Assembly: GCA_001724265.1 (NCBI GenBank)
Contig: MEDY01000053.1
Span: forward strand, 1-64,000
DNA: 64,000 nucleotides
Source of the DNA: Rhizaria sp. SCN 62-66
Lineage: Eukaryota
Direction of reading: 5' to 3'
A program made the position numbers and the translations under genes. The notes under the pieces are model-generated. The model was given only the letters and a program-made list of their open reading frames with translations. It was not told the origin of the DNA and ran no database searches. How positions within the stretch are numbered: position 1 is the first letter of the stretch; each line of letters starts with the position of its first letter. Of this stretch, positions 23,085-34,804 are shown piece after piece.

Positions 23085-25611
23085 ATGGCCTACTACGCGC
23101 GGCTTCAGTCAGCTCCCGACAAGACTGTCGAGAAATTCTTTCAACTGAGCAGGTGCGTTCCCTTTCTCATCACATCCTTTTCTCTCCCTATTTCTACATT
23201 AGTGCTCATAGCTTACCAAACCGCTGTATATCGTTTAACGTTCTTTTTTCCGATTTAGCGAGGCTACTGCGGATGTCGTGGCTGAGGTCGAGGCCGTTAC
23301 CTTGATCCAACGCCTCTGGCGCGGCTACAAGTACCGCCGCGAGCAGCGCCGCCTAAACACGGCCGCCATCAACATCCAGCGCGTGTGGCGCGGCTATGTC
23401 GACCGCCAAATTGCGCGTTACCTGGCGCGCCAGTTTTCCGCCGACGCCGAGCGCCGGTTTTATGATCACATGGCGACCAAAATCCAGCGCGTGTGGCGCG
23501 GCTTCGCGAGCCGCAAGGCGCACGGCGTGCCCGCCCACAGCCTCGCTGCGCGCCGCGCGCTGCTGGTTGCCGCCGCGGCCCGCGGCGAGGAACTGCGGCA
23601 ACACATCGAGGAGCACAACGCCGAGCTCTCCGCGTACAACGCCGAAGAAGCGTCGCGGCAAAACGCCGGTGAGTTCCAGCGGCTCGCCAAGTCCTTCCAC
23701 CACTTGGTCGGCACGCGCGCGATGCCGGGCGTCTTCACCTCCGCGCATGGACCCGCCTTCTCCGCTACCGTGGCCGGCATCCCCATGGACGCCGCGCTCC
23801 GCGCAGCCCGCTCCGGCGTCGCCAAAGACCAGCGCGCGCGCGCGCAGCAGCTGCGCCGTGCCGCGGCCGCGGCTGCCGCGGCGCAGACCGCGACGCTGGC
23901 CGCCGCGGCGCAGCGCGTTGAGGGCGGCTTTGGTACGCTGTCGGCCGCGCGCGCGCAGGCGCTGCGTAACGCGCAGAGCTCCTACGGGCCACCGCTGGGC
24001 GCGACGAACAACCGCGTCGGCGGGGCCCACACCACGGGGCTAGTCCTGCCCGCGGCCCGGGGCGCCGCCGCGCTGGCCGCGGCGCGCGCGGCCGAGGAGG
24101 AGGAACAGGAGCAGGAGAGCTGCGTGGGCCGCCCCAAGCTCAAGCCGGGGCAGACCTTCGACGACTACTACGCAGAGCAGCAGCGCCTCTTCCGCGTTCA
24201 GTTCGAGAAGGACAACGCCGCCGCCGCCGCCGCCGCAGCAGCAGCAGCCGCCGCCGCGAACGTCGCGCTGTGCGGTGGCGCCGCGCCCCCGCCGGCCGTG
24301 CTGCCGCCGCTGTCGTCCCGCGGCAGCGGCGCGCTGGCTGCTGGCAGCATCGCGGCCGGCGGCAGCAGAAGCAACAGCAGCGCGCGCAGCCGACCCGCGT
24401 CGGGCGTGGCGTCCGCGCGGTCGCCGCAGTCGCCCTCGCGGTCCGGCTCGCGCAACTCGGGCTCGCCGCGCGGCTCCGTCTCCGGGCTGACGGGCGCCGC
24501 GGCCGCGCTTAGCGCCGCGGCGGCCAGCGCCGCTTCGACCGCCGCTGGCAGGCTCGCGGCCGCGGCCGTGCGCGAGCAAATGCGTGCCGCCAACGCCGTG
24601 CTTCGGCCTCATTCGCAGGCGCAGCAGGCGCAAGCCCAGCAGGGCCAGCAGGGCGCGGGGCCGCAGGGGCAGGGCCAGAGCTCGGCGGCGAGCGGCCGGA
24701 CGTCCCCTGCGCCGAGCCCGCGCGCGTCGCAGTCGCATTCGGGCGCAGGCTCGACGAATGCGACCCCGTCCCTGTCGTTCGTGCCCATGATGGTACCGGG
24801 ACCCGGCGCGCTGATCGTGGACCGGCTGGCCATGGAGAGCGGCACCACCGCGGCTAACAGCGGCGCCAACTCGACCTCGGGTCAGGACACGCCGCACGCG
24901 TCTCAGCAGGGCGGCAATGCTGCCGCCAGCTCGGCGGTCGCGGCCGCGGTCGCTGCGGCGGGCGCGGTGGGCAGCGCGTCGATGCAGGTTCGCTCGGTGA
25001 GTCGCGCCAAGCGCGGCAGCCTTGCGGACCTCGAGAACCCGCAGGCCTCGGCCGTGGGCAACGTCTGGTCGGCCACGGCGGCGGCGGCGGCGGGTGCGGC
25101 GCTGATGCAGCAGCAGCAGCGTGAGCACCAGCAGTTCATGCTGCAGCAGCAGCTCAACGATCAGCAGCAGTACCGCGCCATCAGCCCGCTTGACATCAAC
25201 CCCGACGACAGCAGCCCCGTCGCGTGGGGCGCGGCCCTCGGCGGCGGCGGCGGCGGCGCGGGCCCCGGGCTGTCGCTCATGGCGAGCGCCAACGGCGGCC
25301 ACGTCAGCACGGCGCCGAGCGTGCAGAACACGCCCAGCAGCGCCGCCAGCAGCACCAGCTTCAGCTACGGCAACACGCCCAGCGCCACCGCAGCGGGCAG
25401 CAGTTTCAACGGCAACGGCGCTGCGGTGAACAGCGGGAACGCAGGCGGAGCCAATGGGGTCACGATGCGGTCGTTCCTGCCCTTGCATGAGAACGACGAC
25501 GAGGATTTTGGGATCAATGTGCATGTGCACGCGGGCGCGGGTAGCCTGGCCGTGACAAAACGCTCCATGTCGCAGCAGCAGCAGCACCAACAGTATCAAA
25601 ACGCGTTTTAA
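23085..25611 (+). CDS. SPATA17: SPATA17-like IQ-motif (ciliary) protein with a long low-complexity tail (~806 aa; exons 23085-23152, 23259-25611)
   Basis: Three IQ motifs (IQRLWRGY, IQRVWRGY, IQRVWRGF), then HHLVGTRAMPGVF, which resembles the SPATA17 HxLLSTxxIPGxY block. Confidence 0.78.
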
Positions 25612-26185
25612 CAAACATCTGCATGGAAGCGAACTCTGCAGGAGTAACGCGAGCTTGCTTAGCAGGATCAACTGTGATTTCTTGGAAATAAAACAAGCAT
25701 TTCAGGTCTTCTAGAAAATTGTACTGTAACATTAGAAGTCCCATTTTTGAAAGTAATCTTCCAACTATCTTGATGATATGCTTGTGTCCGTATTGTATTT
25801 CGATTTCTATTTGTGAATTACTGATGTCTTAGTCTTAGGCAGCGCTGACAAAACATGCAAATCAACGTCAGTTCAACTGTGAAGACCCATTTTTTGTATT
25901 AGAATAGAATGCGAAAACACTGCGTCATTTTGAGAACACATATAATGATGTGTACAACAAAGACAACGTGGTCATCTACCAGCGAGCTCACAAGCTCTTC
26001 ATTGATCTTCTGACCAGTTGATCTGGGAGTCGGGCGGACTTTTTTTTCGGTCCATTGTCTCAAAGCAGGCGAGACGGGCGAGCGGGAGAAGCGAGCGAGC
26101 GAAGCAAGGAAGGCAGTGACGAGGAGACTGGAACTTAGGAGAAAGATTGCAAGCTATCCGGGCGTCCCTCGTCGATCATTTGAAT

Positions 26186-27514
26186 ATGGCGGTACGTAAA
26201 TAACGATGGATGGTGTTGACTGTTTTTCTTTTTGTTTCTGCGCCTGTGCAGCCACCGTACAATCGTGGTGCGCTGACGAGGCTTGGATACTTCCCATTGA
26301 CGTCGCTCTTCTTGTTTCTCACTACGTCCTCGCCCTTGTGTTGCTGCTGCATGTTTCCCCGCTGCGTTTGTAGAGTTTTTTCGGCTTCGGCTCTCGTCCT
26401 GAGATCGACATTCAGCTTGACGGTGAGCATGATTCCGTCACCGTGATGAATGAGAAGAACAAGGCGGTGGCCCTGCCCCTCTTCACGGGCAAGGAGACCA
26501 TCTCCGGCACCGTCGTCGTCACCGTTCCTAAGGGCAAGAAGTACGAGCACCTTGGCATCAAGATTGAGCTTGTCGGCCAGATTGGTACGTTTCACTCGCA
26601 ACCTCTTAGTACCTTTTATGCTTTCCGAAACACCTTAATTGCTGGTCTTGTTTTTGTCTCGTGCTTGAGCCGCAATTGTTCTGGCTTATTCTTTCCCACC
26701 TGTCCTGGCGTTAACTCATTATTTTACGGAGCAAAATCTTGTTCTAACGATACTTATTAATCTTCTGCTGATATTTCGCTTTGTTTCCGCGAGTGCAGAG
26801 TTCAGCTACGATCGCTTCCACCCGTACGAGTTCTTCCCCCAGCACGTCCGCGAGCTCGAAAACGCGGGCGAGCTGACTGACTCCAAGACGTACAAGTTCG
26901 AGTTCGCCGACATCGAAAAGACCTCCGAGTCCTACGCCGGTAATAACGTGCGTCTGCGCTACTTCCTGCGCGCCAAGATCGTGCGCCAGTACAACTCCAA
27001 CGTTACAAAGGTGCTCGACTTCGCGGTCCAGAACGTCGTCGCGGCTCCGGAGCTGAACAATCCTATCAAGATGGAGGTCGGCATCGAGGACTCGCTGCAC
27101 ATCGAGTTCGAGTACCAGCGCTCTAAGTACAATCTCAAGGACGTCGTGGTGGGCAAGATTTACATCCTGCTCGTCTGTCTCAAGATCAAGCACATGGAGA
27201 TTGTGATCATCAAGCGCGAGTCCTTGGGCTCGGGTGCCAACGCCTTCAATGAGCGCGACAACATCGCCAAGTTCGAGATCATGGACGGCGCCCCCGTGCG
27301 CGGCGAGGTTATTCCCGTCCGCCTCTACCTCAGCCCCTACAAGCTCACGCCCACGTACCGCAACGTGCACAACAAGTTCAGCGTGCGCTACTACCTCAAC
27401 CTCGTCCTCGTCGACATTGACGACCGGCGGTACTTCCGCGAGCAGGAGATCTTCCTCTGGCGCTCCGAGATGACCCCCGACACCGGCGCCACGGCCTCCA
27501 TCGAGGAGCTCTAA
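26186..27514 (+). CDS. VPS26: Retromer subunit VPS26 (~310 aa; exons 26186-26191, 26374-26584, 26799-27514)
   Basis: Motifs SFFGFG, EHLGIKIELVGQIE, ESYAGNNVRLRYFL, IKMEVGIEDSLHIEFEY, FEIMDGAPVRGEVIP and FSVRYYLNLVLVD...RRYF. Confidence 0.97.
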
Positions 27515-28168
27515 GCGCAGCGTGTTTGCCCTCTGGCCATTCATGATCACAACAACAATTACAGCAGCTGTCGCCATTTGCCTTCAAGCATGAGCGGCAA
27601 GTCTTCGCTAGTTTACGTAGCTTTTTTTCCTTTGTTTGTCTTTTCTCTAACTTTAAGTGACAATATACGTGCACGACGCTCATTATGTTTACGATATTTG
27701 TCGTCGGTTTGTGCGGGGTTGTAATTATTGTTTATATTTGTCGCATGTTACATTTCATTTGTCTATAGCAGTAGTATTTCACTCTCGATTTCTTTGTGTG
27801 AGAGATAGCTCTCGCATAATCAAAAACATAATAATACACAAAAATAATATTAAATCACATCGTATACGAGGAGTAGTATCATAAAAACCTCGTGTGTATT
27901 CTTATCTTCTCTCGTACTACAAGCAACAGCAACATTTAAGCAGCTGCGCGGAGCAACGACGACAAAGACACACATCAGATAGTACGATAACGTACTGAAA
28001 CCGATTAATACAAGAAAATATTACATAGCATAAGAGATATTATGTTCATTTTTACCAACTGTTTTTCTTACATAAACCCATAAACATCCAACAAACAAAG
28101 CACTTGAACAAACCTCAACACACCTGCGTCACGCACGAGCAGAAGCACCGCGCTGACGCCACCGCCGC

Positions 28169-31100
28169 TCACTGGTTGTGGCCGGCCTCGTCGTCGTTGT
28201 CGTGCATTGCGTAGCCGGGCGTGGCCGCGTAGGCGGGCGTGGCGCCGCCGTACGCGGGCGTGGCGCCGCCCAGGTGCGGCGTGGCCCCCCCGAGGAACGG
28301 CGTGGCGCCGCCCAGCATCGGGGTCTGGCCCGCGCCGAGCGGCCCGCGCGCGCCGCCCGCGGCCGCTGCGGCAGGCGCGCCCGTCTTGATCTCTTCGACG
28401 GCGGAGCGCGGGAGCTGGAACTTGCCCTTCTTGGCGGTGAGCTCGAGCAGGAAGGCGTCCTGCATGCAGTCGACGACGCGCGCGACAAGCCCCTTGTGCA
28501 CGCCGGTGATGATGCGCACGTTCTGTCCGCGCATGCGGTCCGTGCGCGCGTTGTACGCCGGCATCGATTCCGCGGCCGCGCCGAGCGAGGGCGACAGCGA
28601 GGCGGGCACGCTCGACACGGGCACGCCGGGGGCGCCGGGGCCCGCGCGCATGGCCGCGGCCGAGGGCAGCGGGGTGTCCTTGACGGCGGCGACCTTGCTG
28701 GCGTGCGCTGTGAACATGCCGCCGTTGGCGATGACGTCCTTGTTGTACAGGAAGAGGTTCGACTGCACGATCTGGCGCACGGTGCAGCGCCGGCCCGCGG
28801 CGGGGCCCGAGGTGGGCACCACGATGTCGCCGCGGTGCACGGGCGCGCCGCGCGAGTCGAGAGCAGAGGCGAAGCGCGAAAAACGCTTCTGGCCGACCTC
28901 CGTGAAGGGCACCGAGTGGACCGCGCCCGAGGGGTCCATGATGCGGACCTGGAAGGCCTCGACGGCGACGACGTAGCCCAGGTACGAGTGCATCTGCACC
29001 AGGTCGCCCGCGGCGCAGCGCACGTCCGTGGCGGCGTCGCCCGCGCGGACTTCGAGCGTGTGCACTGCGTCCTCGAAGGTGACGTTGGTGGCTTCGTGGG
29101 TCACGTCGGTGGTGACGGCCAGCTGATACGCCTCTTGGTCGACGTAGGTGACTGTGGCGGAGAAGTTGGCGAAGGGGCCCGTGCGGATAAGAACGCGGTC
29201 GCCGACGGAGAAGCGCTTGATGGCGTCCTCGACGCGCACGGCGAGCAGTTCCTCCAGGTCAATGCTCTCGGCCTTGACTGTGAGCGTGCGCCCGTCATCT
29301 GAGAGCCCCACGACCTCGCCCTCGAGCCCGGCCAGGTCTGACTGCACAACGAGGATCTTGTCGCCCGGCACAAACGCCGCAGCCGGGACGGCGCTGGCGG
29401 CCGAGCCCGCGGCCGAGAGTGCCTCGGTCATGTACGCCCCGCTGCCGCCGGCGCCGAGTCCGAGCCCGGCACCGGCGCCGGCGCCGGTGACGGCGAAGGC
29501 GCTGAGGGCCTGGCCGGGCGCGGCGGCGGCCTGCGCGGCGGTCGCGGCAACGGCGTCGGCCAGCAGCTTGGCCTCCTTGCGCAGGTAGGGCTTGTTGTAG
29601 CGCGCGGCCGCGGTGTTGCCCGAGCCGGAGGCGAAGGAGTCCTCGTCGTCGTCGTCGTGCTCGTGGCCCTTGGCGATCGCAGAGGCCACGGGTCCGTTGA
29701 AAAAGCGGTCCACCTCGGCGTGCGCGGGCGGCGCGGGCAGCTCCGACACGACGCCGGACTGCTTGTACTGCTTGTAGAGGAAGCCGTCGAGGTAGAGCCC
29801 CGTCTTGAAGGCGTCGAAGGACGCGAAGCCCATGGCTTGCTTGCCGCGCGCGCGCGAGACTTCACCGCCCGCCATGCGCACGCGCTCGGGGTCGAACAGG
29901 CCCTGAGCGGGCCGCGCACCGCCGCGGGCCGCCGCACCGCGCGCCTTGACGCCTGCAGACGACATGTCCACGCGCGGGACGATCTTGAGCACGCAGGCCA
30001 TGCCGCGGTCGAAGACGCTGACCACGAGCGCCAGGTCGTCCTTGTACAGGCCCGTGCGGATGCGCACGAACCGGCCGCGCTGCAGCACCTGCGTCGTGAC
30101 GCCCGTGACCGTGGGCGCGTGCGGAGGCACGAAGAGCGTCTCGGTGATCTGCGACAGCGGCACACTCTTGATCGAGTAGCCCTTGAGCCACTCGACCTGG
30201 CGCACGGCGCGCTCCACGTGGGCCTTGCGCATCGCCTCGATGTACACGTAGCCCTTGGCCGAGGGCACGAAGTAAGCCGCCTTGATCTGCAGCAGGTTCT
30301 CCTCGCCGGCCTCGAGCCGCTCCTGCTCGTGCTGGTTCAGCTCCCACACCGCCATCGTCTCCTTGCCCGGGTTGCACCGCACCATGAACACCTTGTCGTT
30401 GACCGTCGGCAGTGGAATGTCCACTGCGGCGCCGTAGCGCCCGCGGTTCTCCTCCTCGAGCGCCTCCAGCTCGAGTTCCTCCTGATACGCGCGCTCGCTG
30501 TCGGCGCCGTAGCGGCTCTCGACGTGCGCGCGTAGCTTCGCCGCCTCGGCCGAGTCCATGTCGTCCAGCAGACGCGCGTTGTCGCGCCGCATCACCCGCG
30601 CCGCGGCCACGGCGTCGGCGGCCTCGTCGGCCTCGTCCTCGCTCTTGTCGTCATCGTCGTCGTCGTCGCCACCGTCGCGCTCGTAACGCGGCGCGCGCTG
30701 CTGCTGCTGCAGCTTGTGCAGCTCGGCGGCGCGCGCAGCTGCGGCGGCGCGCTTCAGGGCGGACTCGCGGTTGCCGGCAGCGGCGTCGTCGTCGTCGTCG
30801 TCGCGCTCGATGAAGTCGGCCATGTCCGCCGCGTCGTCATCGTCGTCGTCGTCGTCGCTGAGGCCATCACCGTCGCTGTCGTCGTCGTCCGCGGCGGTCT
30901 CGTCGAGGAAGCGGCGCGCGTCGCGGCTCTTGGCCACCTTGACGGGCTTCACGGCGGCCGCGGCGGCGACGGGGGGCTTAGAAGAAGAGGAGGACTTGCT
31001 GCTGTCTTTGCTAGAGTCCTTGGAGTCGGACTTCTTGGAGAGCTTGTCTTTCTTTTCCTTCTTCTCCTTCTTGTCCTTCTTGTCTTTCTTATCCTTTTTG

Positions 31101-31663
31101 TCCTTCTTGTCCTTCTTATCCTTCTTGTCCGCCTTATCGCCGGAGCGGGCCTTCTTGTCCTTGTGCTCAACACTGTCGCCGCCCTCCTTCTTGACCGACA
31201 CGTCGGCGCCATCCTTGTCAGCGCCGTCGTCGGCGCCGTCGTTGTCGTTGGCGTCGCCACTGTCCTCCTCGTCGTCGTCGTCGCCGAGGTGGCGGCGGCG
31301 CTTCACTTGCTTCGCGCTCGCGCTGGAGCTCTTCGTAGATGAGGCCGAGGCCGAGGCGTCAGAGTCGCCTTCCTTCTTGACAGCCTTGTCCTCGCCCTCG
31401 TCGTCGTCATCATCGTCGTTGTCGGAGCCAGAGCCGCTGCCGTCGTCGTCGTCGTCATCGTCTTCAGTGTCGGCCTCCTCCTCCTCCTCATCTTCGGCCG
31501 GGCTCTCGTCGGGCAGCTCCAGCAGCGGCGAGTCGCCGCCGCGGCGCCGCCGCGAGCTCGTCGCGGCAGCAGGGGCCGGCGCGGGCGTCGCGGGGGCCGC
31601 GGCGGGGGCGGGCTCGGACTTGACGACGATGGCGTCGGGGACGTCGCCGACAGGATCGGACAT
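28169..31663 (-). CDS. SPT5: Transcription elongation factor SPT5 (1164 aa, intronless)
   Basis: Acidic N-terminus; NGN domain (LPTVNDKVFMVRCNPGKE...KGYVYIEA); KOW motifs (FVRIRTGLYKDDLA, FVPGDKILVV, FSVGDRVLIRTG, GQNVRIITGVHKG); C-terminal GGATP repeats. Confidence 0.93.
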   Translation of the reverse strand: MSDPVGDVPDAIVVKSEPAPAAAPATPAPAPAAATSSRRRRGGDSPLLELPDESPAEDEEEEEADTEDDDDDDDGSGSGSDNDDDDDDEGEDKAVKKEGDSDASASASSTKSSSASAKQVKRRRHLGDDDDEEDSGDANDNDGADDGADKDGADVSVKKEGGDSVEHKDKKARSGDKADKKDKKDKKDKKDKKDKKDKKEKKEKKDKLSKKSDSKDSSKDSSKSSSSSKPPVAAAAAVKPVKVAKSRDARRFLDETAADDDDSDGDGLSDDDDDDDDAADMADFIERDDDDDDAAAGNRESALKRAAAAARAAELHKLQQQQRAPRYERDGGDDDDDDDKSEDEADEAADAVAAARVMRRDNARLLDDMDSAEAAKLRAHVESRYGADSERAYQEELELEALEEENRGRYGAAVDIPLPTVNDKVFMVRCNPGKETMAVWELNQHEQERLEAGEENLLQIKAAYFVPSAKGYVYIEAMRKAHVERAVRQVEWLKGYSIKSVPLSQITETLFVPPHAPTVTGVTTQVLQRGRFVRIRTGLYKDDLALVVSVFDRGMACVLKIVPRVDMSSAGVKARGAAARGGARPAQGLFDPERVRMAGGEVSRARGKQAMGFASFDAFKTGLYLDGFLYKQYKQSGVVSELPAPPAHAEVDRFFNGPVASAIAKGHEHDDDDEDSFASGSGNTAAARYNKPYLRKEAKLLADAVAATAAQAAAAPGQALSAFAVTGAGAGAGLGLGAGGSGAYMTEALSAAGSAASAVPAAAFVPGDKILVVQSDLAGLEGEVVGLSDDGRTLTVKAESIDLEELLAVRVEDAIKRFSVGDRVLIRTGPFANFSATVTYVDQEAYQLAVTTDVTHEATNVTFEDAVHTLEVRAGDAATDVRCAAGDLVQMHSYLGYVVAVEAFQVRIMDPSGAVHSVPFTEVGQKRFSRFASALDSRGAPVHRGDIVVPTSGPAAGRRCTVRQIVQSNLFLYNKDVIANGGMFTAHASKVAAVKDTPLPSAAAMRAGPGAPGVPVSSVPASLSPSLGAAAESMPAYNARTDRMRGQNVRIITGVHKGLVARVVDCMQDAFLLELTAKKGKFQLPRSAVEEIKTGAPAAAAAGGARGPLGAGQTPMLGGATPFLGGATPHLGGATPAYGGATPAYAATPGYAMHDNDDEAGHNQ
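28209..28338 (-). repeat. SPT5 C-terminal repeat region, ~6 imperfect G(G/A)ATPxx heptads
   Basis: GAGQTPML GGATPFL GGATPHL GGATPAY GGATPAY AATPGY. Confidence 0.85.
31045..31135 (-). repeat. Coding 9-nt repeat encoding (KKD/KKE)n in the SPT5 N-terminus
   Basis: DKKDKKDKKDKKDKKDKKDKKEKKEKKDK. Confidence 0.9.
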
Positions 31664-32512
31664 CCTGGGTGCGGGGGCGCGCGGGAAGGCGGGAAAGCAA
31701 CGGAGGCGCGGCGCGAAAGAAAAAGGATAAGCTAGAAAAACGCGGTGAGTGCGCGCGGGGAAAGGTTAGGGCTGCGCTGGGGGCGGGGGAAGAGAGCGGG
31801 GGCGAAAGGCGGGGTGAGTTTGCGACGTCCGTTGAGCCGTTGGGGCGAGGCGAGAGATAGGAGTGGAAATACACAGCGATGAATACGCAGAAACGAAATA
31901 GATACGACGAGAATAGAATCAACAGTAGCGATAAAATGCAGATTTTAGCACATCCACGCTATGAAGTCGCTATGTGGGCGGCACAGAAGAGGATGACAAG
32001 AGTGGATGAAATGAGTCCGCAGAGGGCGAACGTGCTGCGCCGTATCGCGTGAATCGAGACGAGAACAGTCACACACACCACAGGAAAACAAATATGAGTG
32101 ACATCACTCACGCATGCTAGCTACGATCCGCATCCGACCCTTAATAAACGGTCTCTAGACACTCTGAATCTGGTTTGAATCCGTCGTTGATGCCTTCTTC
32201 GGTCAGCTCTCGCCCTGCGACGATTTTTTTAGGAACCGACCGTTTTGAGCCTCTCGTCAGCACCTCGTCAACACGCTTCAAAACGGACTCCAGATGACAG
32301 CCTTTCTGTCCTCTGGTCAATACATGACTTCGATGTGGAATTTTGCCGAGGATCGTTTATGCAAATCCAGTAATGTATCTACTATACTCCTTATCTTGGT
32401 TTCGTAATCCCCTCATTTCTCTCACACATCTTCGTATCTGCCGACGTCCCCTTTCGCTATCTCTCGCCCGCGCCTGCGCTCGCTTCCTCGATCTTGCCTG
32501 CTCCTGCGACAG

Positions 32513-34096
32513 ATGTCCTACACCAGCGGACACTACCAGCAGGTGGACTCGCTCTCGGCGCCCCCGCCGGAGTACGCCTCGGTGCTCAACGACGGCGACG
32601 AGGAGGCCCTCATGTCCGTCCCCGTCCACAGCGCGGCCGACCGCTTCAACTTCGGGGCCCCGCAGACCTCGCAGTCTTCGTCCTCCTCTTCTTCCCACGC
32701 GTCGGCGCACTCGTCCTCGTCCATCTCGTCGACCTCGGCGTCCGCGGAGAAGCCGCGCTACCGCGACATGCCTTTCGCCGTCATGTTCGTCGGCCACCTG
32801 CTGCTGCTCGCTGTGGCGTGCTACATCTACGGCCGGCGCTTCGCTTACGAGGGCGGCTTCTCGACACCCTACTCCGCCGAGGGCTCCTTCGCGCCCTCGG
32901 CCCGCTTTATCCTTACGCAGCTGCTCGTGTCCGCCGTCACGGGCGCCGTCGCCGCCTTCTTCTGGATCGAGCTCATCAAGGCCTTCCCGACGGGAATCAT
33001 GCACATCTCGCTCGGCTGCTTCCTCGCATCCCTCCTCGCCTTTGCCGTGTACTCGCTCATCTTCACCGCCATCTCCTGGGTCCACGCAGTTGTCCTTACT
33101 GCGGCTACGATTATCACCGTGATTTACTTTTACGCGAATCGCTCTCGCTTCCCCCTCGCGATCGCCATGCTCCACGCCTCGGCGCAGGCCCTCTCGGCCA
33201 ACTCGGGGCCTGTGTTCACGGCGCTGGTGCTCGCCGCGGCCCAGGTGCTCTGGGCGCTGGTCTGGGGCGTCAGCGCCGTGTTCATCCTCTCTGCGCACGG
33301 CGTGCTGACCGTGGGCGGCGTTGACCCCGACCTCCACCCCGCCAGTGCGCACGCCGTCACGGTCGTCTTTGCGCTGCTCCTGTCCTTTTTCTGGACCTGG
33401 CAGGTCGTCATGAACGTCGGCCACACCACCACGGCGGGCGCCGTTGCCGCCTGGTGGCTGCTGCCCGGCTACTCGCGCGACTCCACCACGCTGGCCTCGC
33501 TGCGCCGCGCGCTCACCACGTCCTTCGGGTCCGTGTGCCTGGGCTCGCTCGTCGTCGCTGTCGTCAGCGCGCTCCGCTCCACCGTGCGCTTCTTCGTCAA
33601 GGAGGACGAGACGTCGTTCGCGCAGTTCTGCCTCAACTGCCTGCTCGTGTGCATCGAGCGCGCGCTCGAGTACTTTAACCACTACGCCTTCACCTTCGTG
33701 GCCGTCTACGGCGACTCGTTCATCGAGGCCGGCGCGCACACGTCGCAGCTGTTCGAGCGCCGCGGCTTTACGCTCATGATCAACGACGACATCTCCTCGC
33801 TGCCGCTGCAGCTGGGCACGGCCGTGTGCGGCATCGTGACCGCGCTCGTCGCCGCCTCGCTCGCGCTGCTCCAGGGCGCGCACGGCGGGGCCGTCGCCGG
33901 CGCGGCCGTGCTCGCGCTGCTGTTGGGCTCTGCCGTCGCGGCCGTCGTGCTCGAGGTTGTGCGCTCCGCGCTCAGCTGCACGTTCGTGCTCTGGGCCGAG
34001 CTGCCCGCCGAGATGGCCGAGGTCCAGCCTGAAGCCTTCCGTGCAATCGCCAACGCGCAAAAGGCCGTCTACGGCGGCGAGAGCAGCTCGGGCTGA
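32513..34096 (+). CDS. Choline transporter-like protein (SLC44/CTL/Pns1 family), 527 aa
   Basis: RYRDMPFAVMF, about 10 TM helices, FFWTWQVVMNVGHTTTAG, RRALTTSFGSVCLGSL, YFNHYAFTFVAVYGDSFIEAG and INDD. There is an N-terminal PPEY motif. Confidence 0.9.
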   Translation: MSYTSGHYQQVDSLSAPPPEYASVLNDGDEEALMSVPVHSAADRFNFGAPQTSQSSSSSSSHASAHSSSSISSTSASAEKPRYRDMPFAVMFVGHLLLLAVACYIYGRRFAYEGGFSTPYSAEGSFAPSARFILTQLLVSAVTGAVAAFFWIELIKAFPTGIMHISLGCFLASLLAFAVYSLIFTAISWVHAVVLTAATIITVIYFYANRSRFPLAIAMLHASAQALSANSGPVFTALVLAAAQVLWALVWGVSAVFILSAHGVLTVGGVDPDLHPASAHAVTVVFALLLSFFWTWQVVMNVGHTTTAGAVAAWWLLPGYSRDSTTLASLRRALTTSFGSVCLGSLVVAVVSALRSTVRFFVKEDETSFAQFCLNCLLVCIERALEYFNHYAFTFVAVYGDSFIEAGAHTSQLFERRGFTLMINDDISSLPLQLGTAVCGIVTALVAASLALLQGAHGGAVAGAAVLALLLGSAVAAVVLEVVRSALSCTFVLWAELPAEMAEVQPEAFRAIANAQKAVYGGESSSG

Positions 34097-34804
34097 GCGG
34101 AGAAGAAAAAACGAGAAAAGAGACTCAGTTACATCAGTGTTGTGACTTGCTGGCTATACCAGGTTTTTGGTTTATGGGCAGGTGTCTCTGAAGCTGTCTT
34201 TGTTCAGATTTGTTCAGTTCAACATGTTTAGTTGTGATTTTGTGCATTGTCATACGTATTGTATTTTGTTGTTTATTTTTCGTTGACAAGTAGTTGACAG
34301 GTAGTATGACTACTGAGCGTTGACTCAATATTAACAAGACAAAGCAAGACAAGACATGTTTTCGGGTCACCAGAGGTGAAGGTGTTTGAAGATAAGCGAA
34401 GCGATCTTCATTGTGTAAGTTTAATGTTCTGTGACTATTACGGCCTGTCGTATCGCATTTTCTACTCATATTTCTGTTATCTCTTGTGGTAATACACATC
34501 TGTGTTGAGATTCCTTATATTCGGAGAATAGATCCACTGTATTGCAACATTCAAGTTGCATTAGTCGCAGAAAAGTGCGCGATTATGACCGCAGGGTTGT
34601 TTTGAAGATAAGAAAACTAGATAAGATGGGTTCTACTGATATATGATACATATAACTATTATACCACTACTACCTACAATCCAATACACATCATGGCTCA
34701 CAAATTATCATTCTGACTGTTTCTACGCATGGCGCTGCGACAAGTAGTTGAGTCTGCTCGCGCCATGCTTTGTAAGTTGTGAGGTGAGACTTGGCCAAGT
34801 GCAT

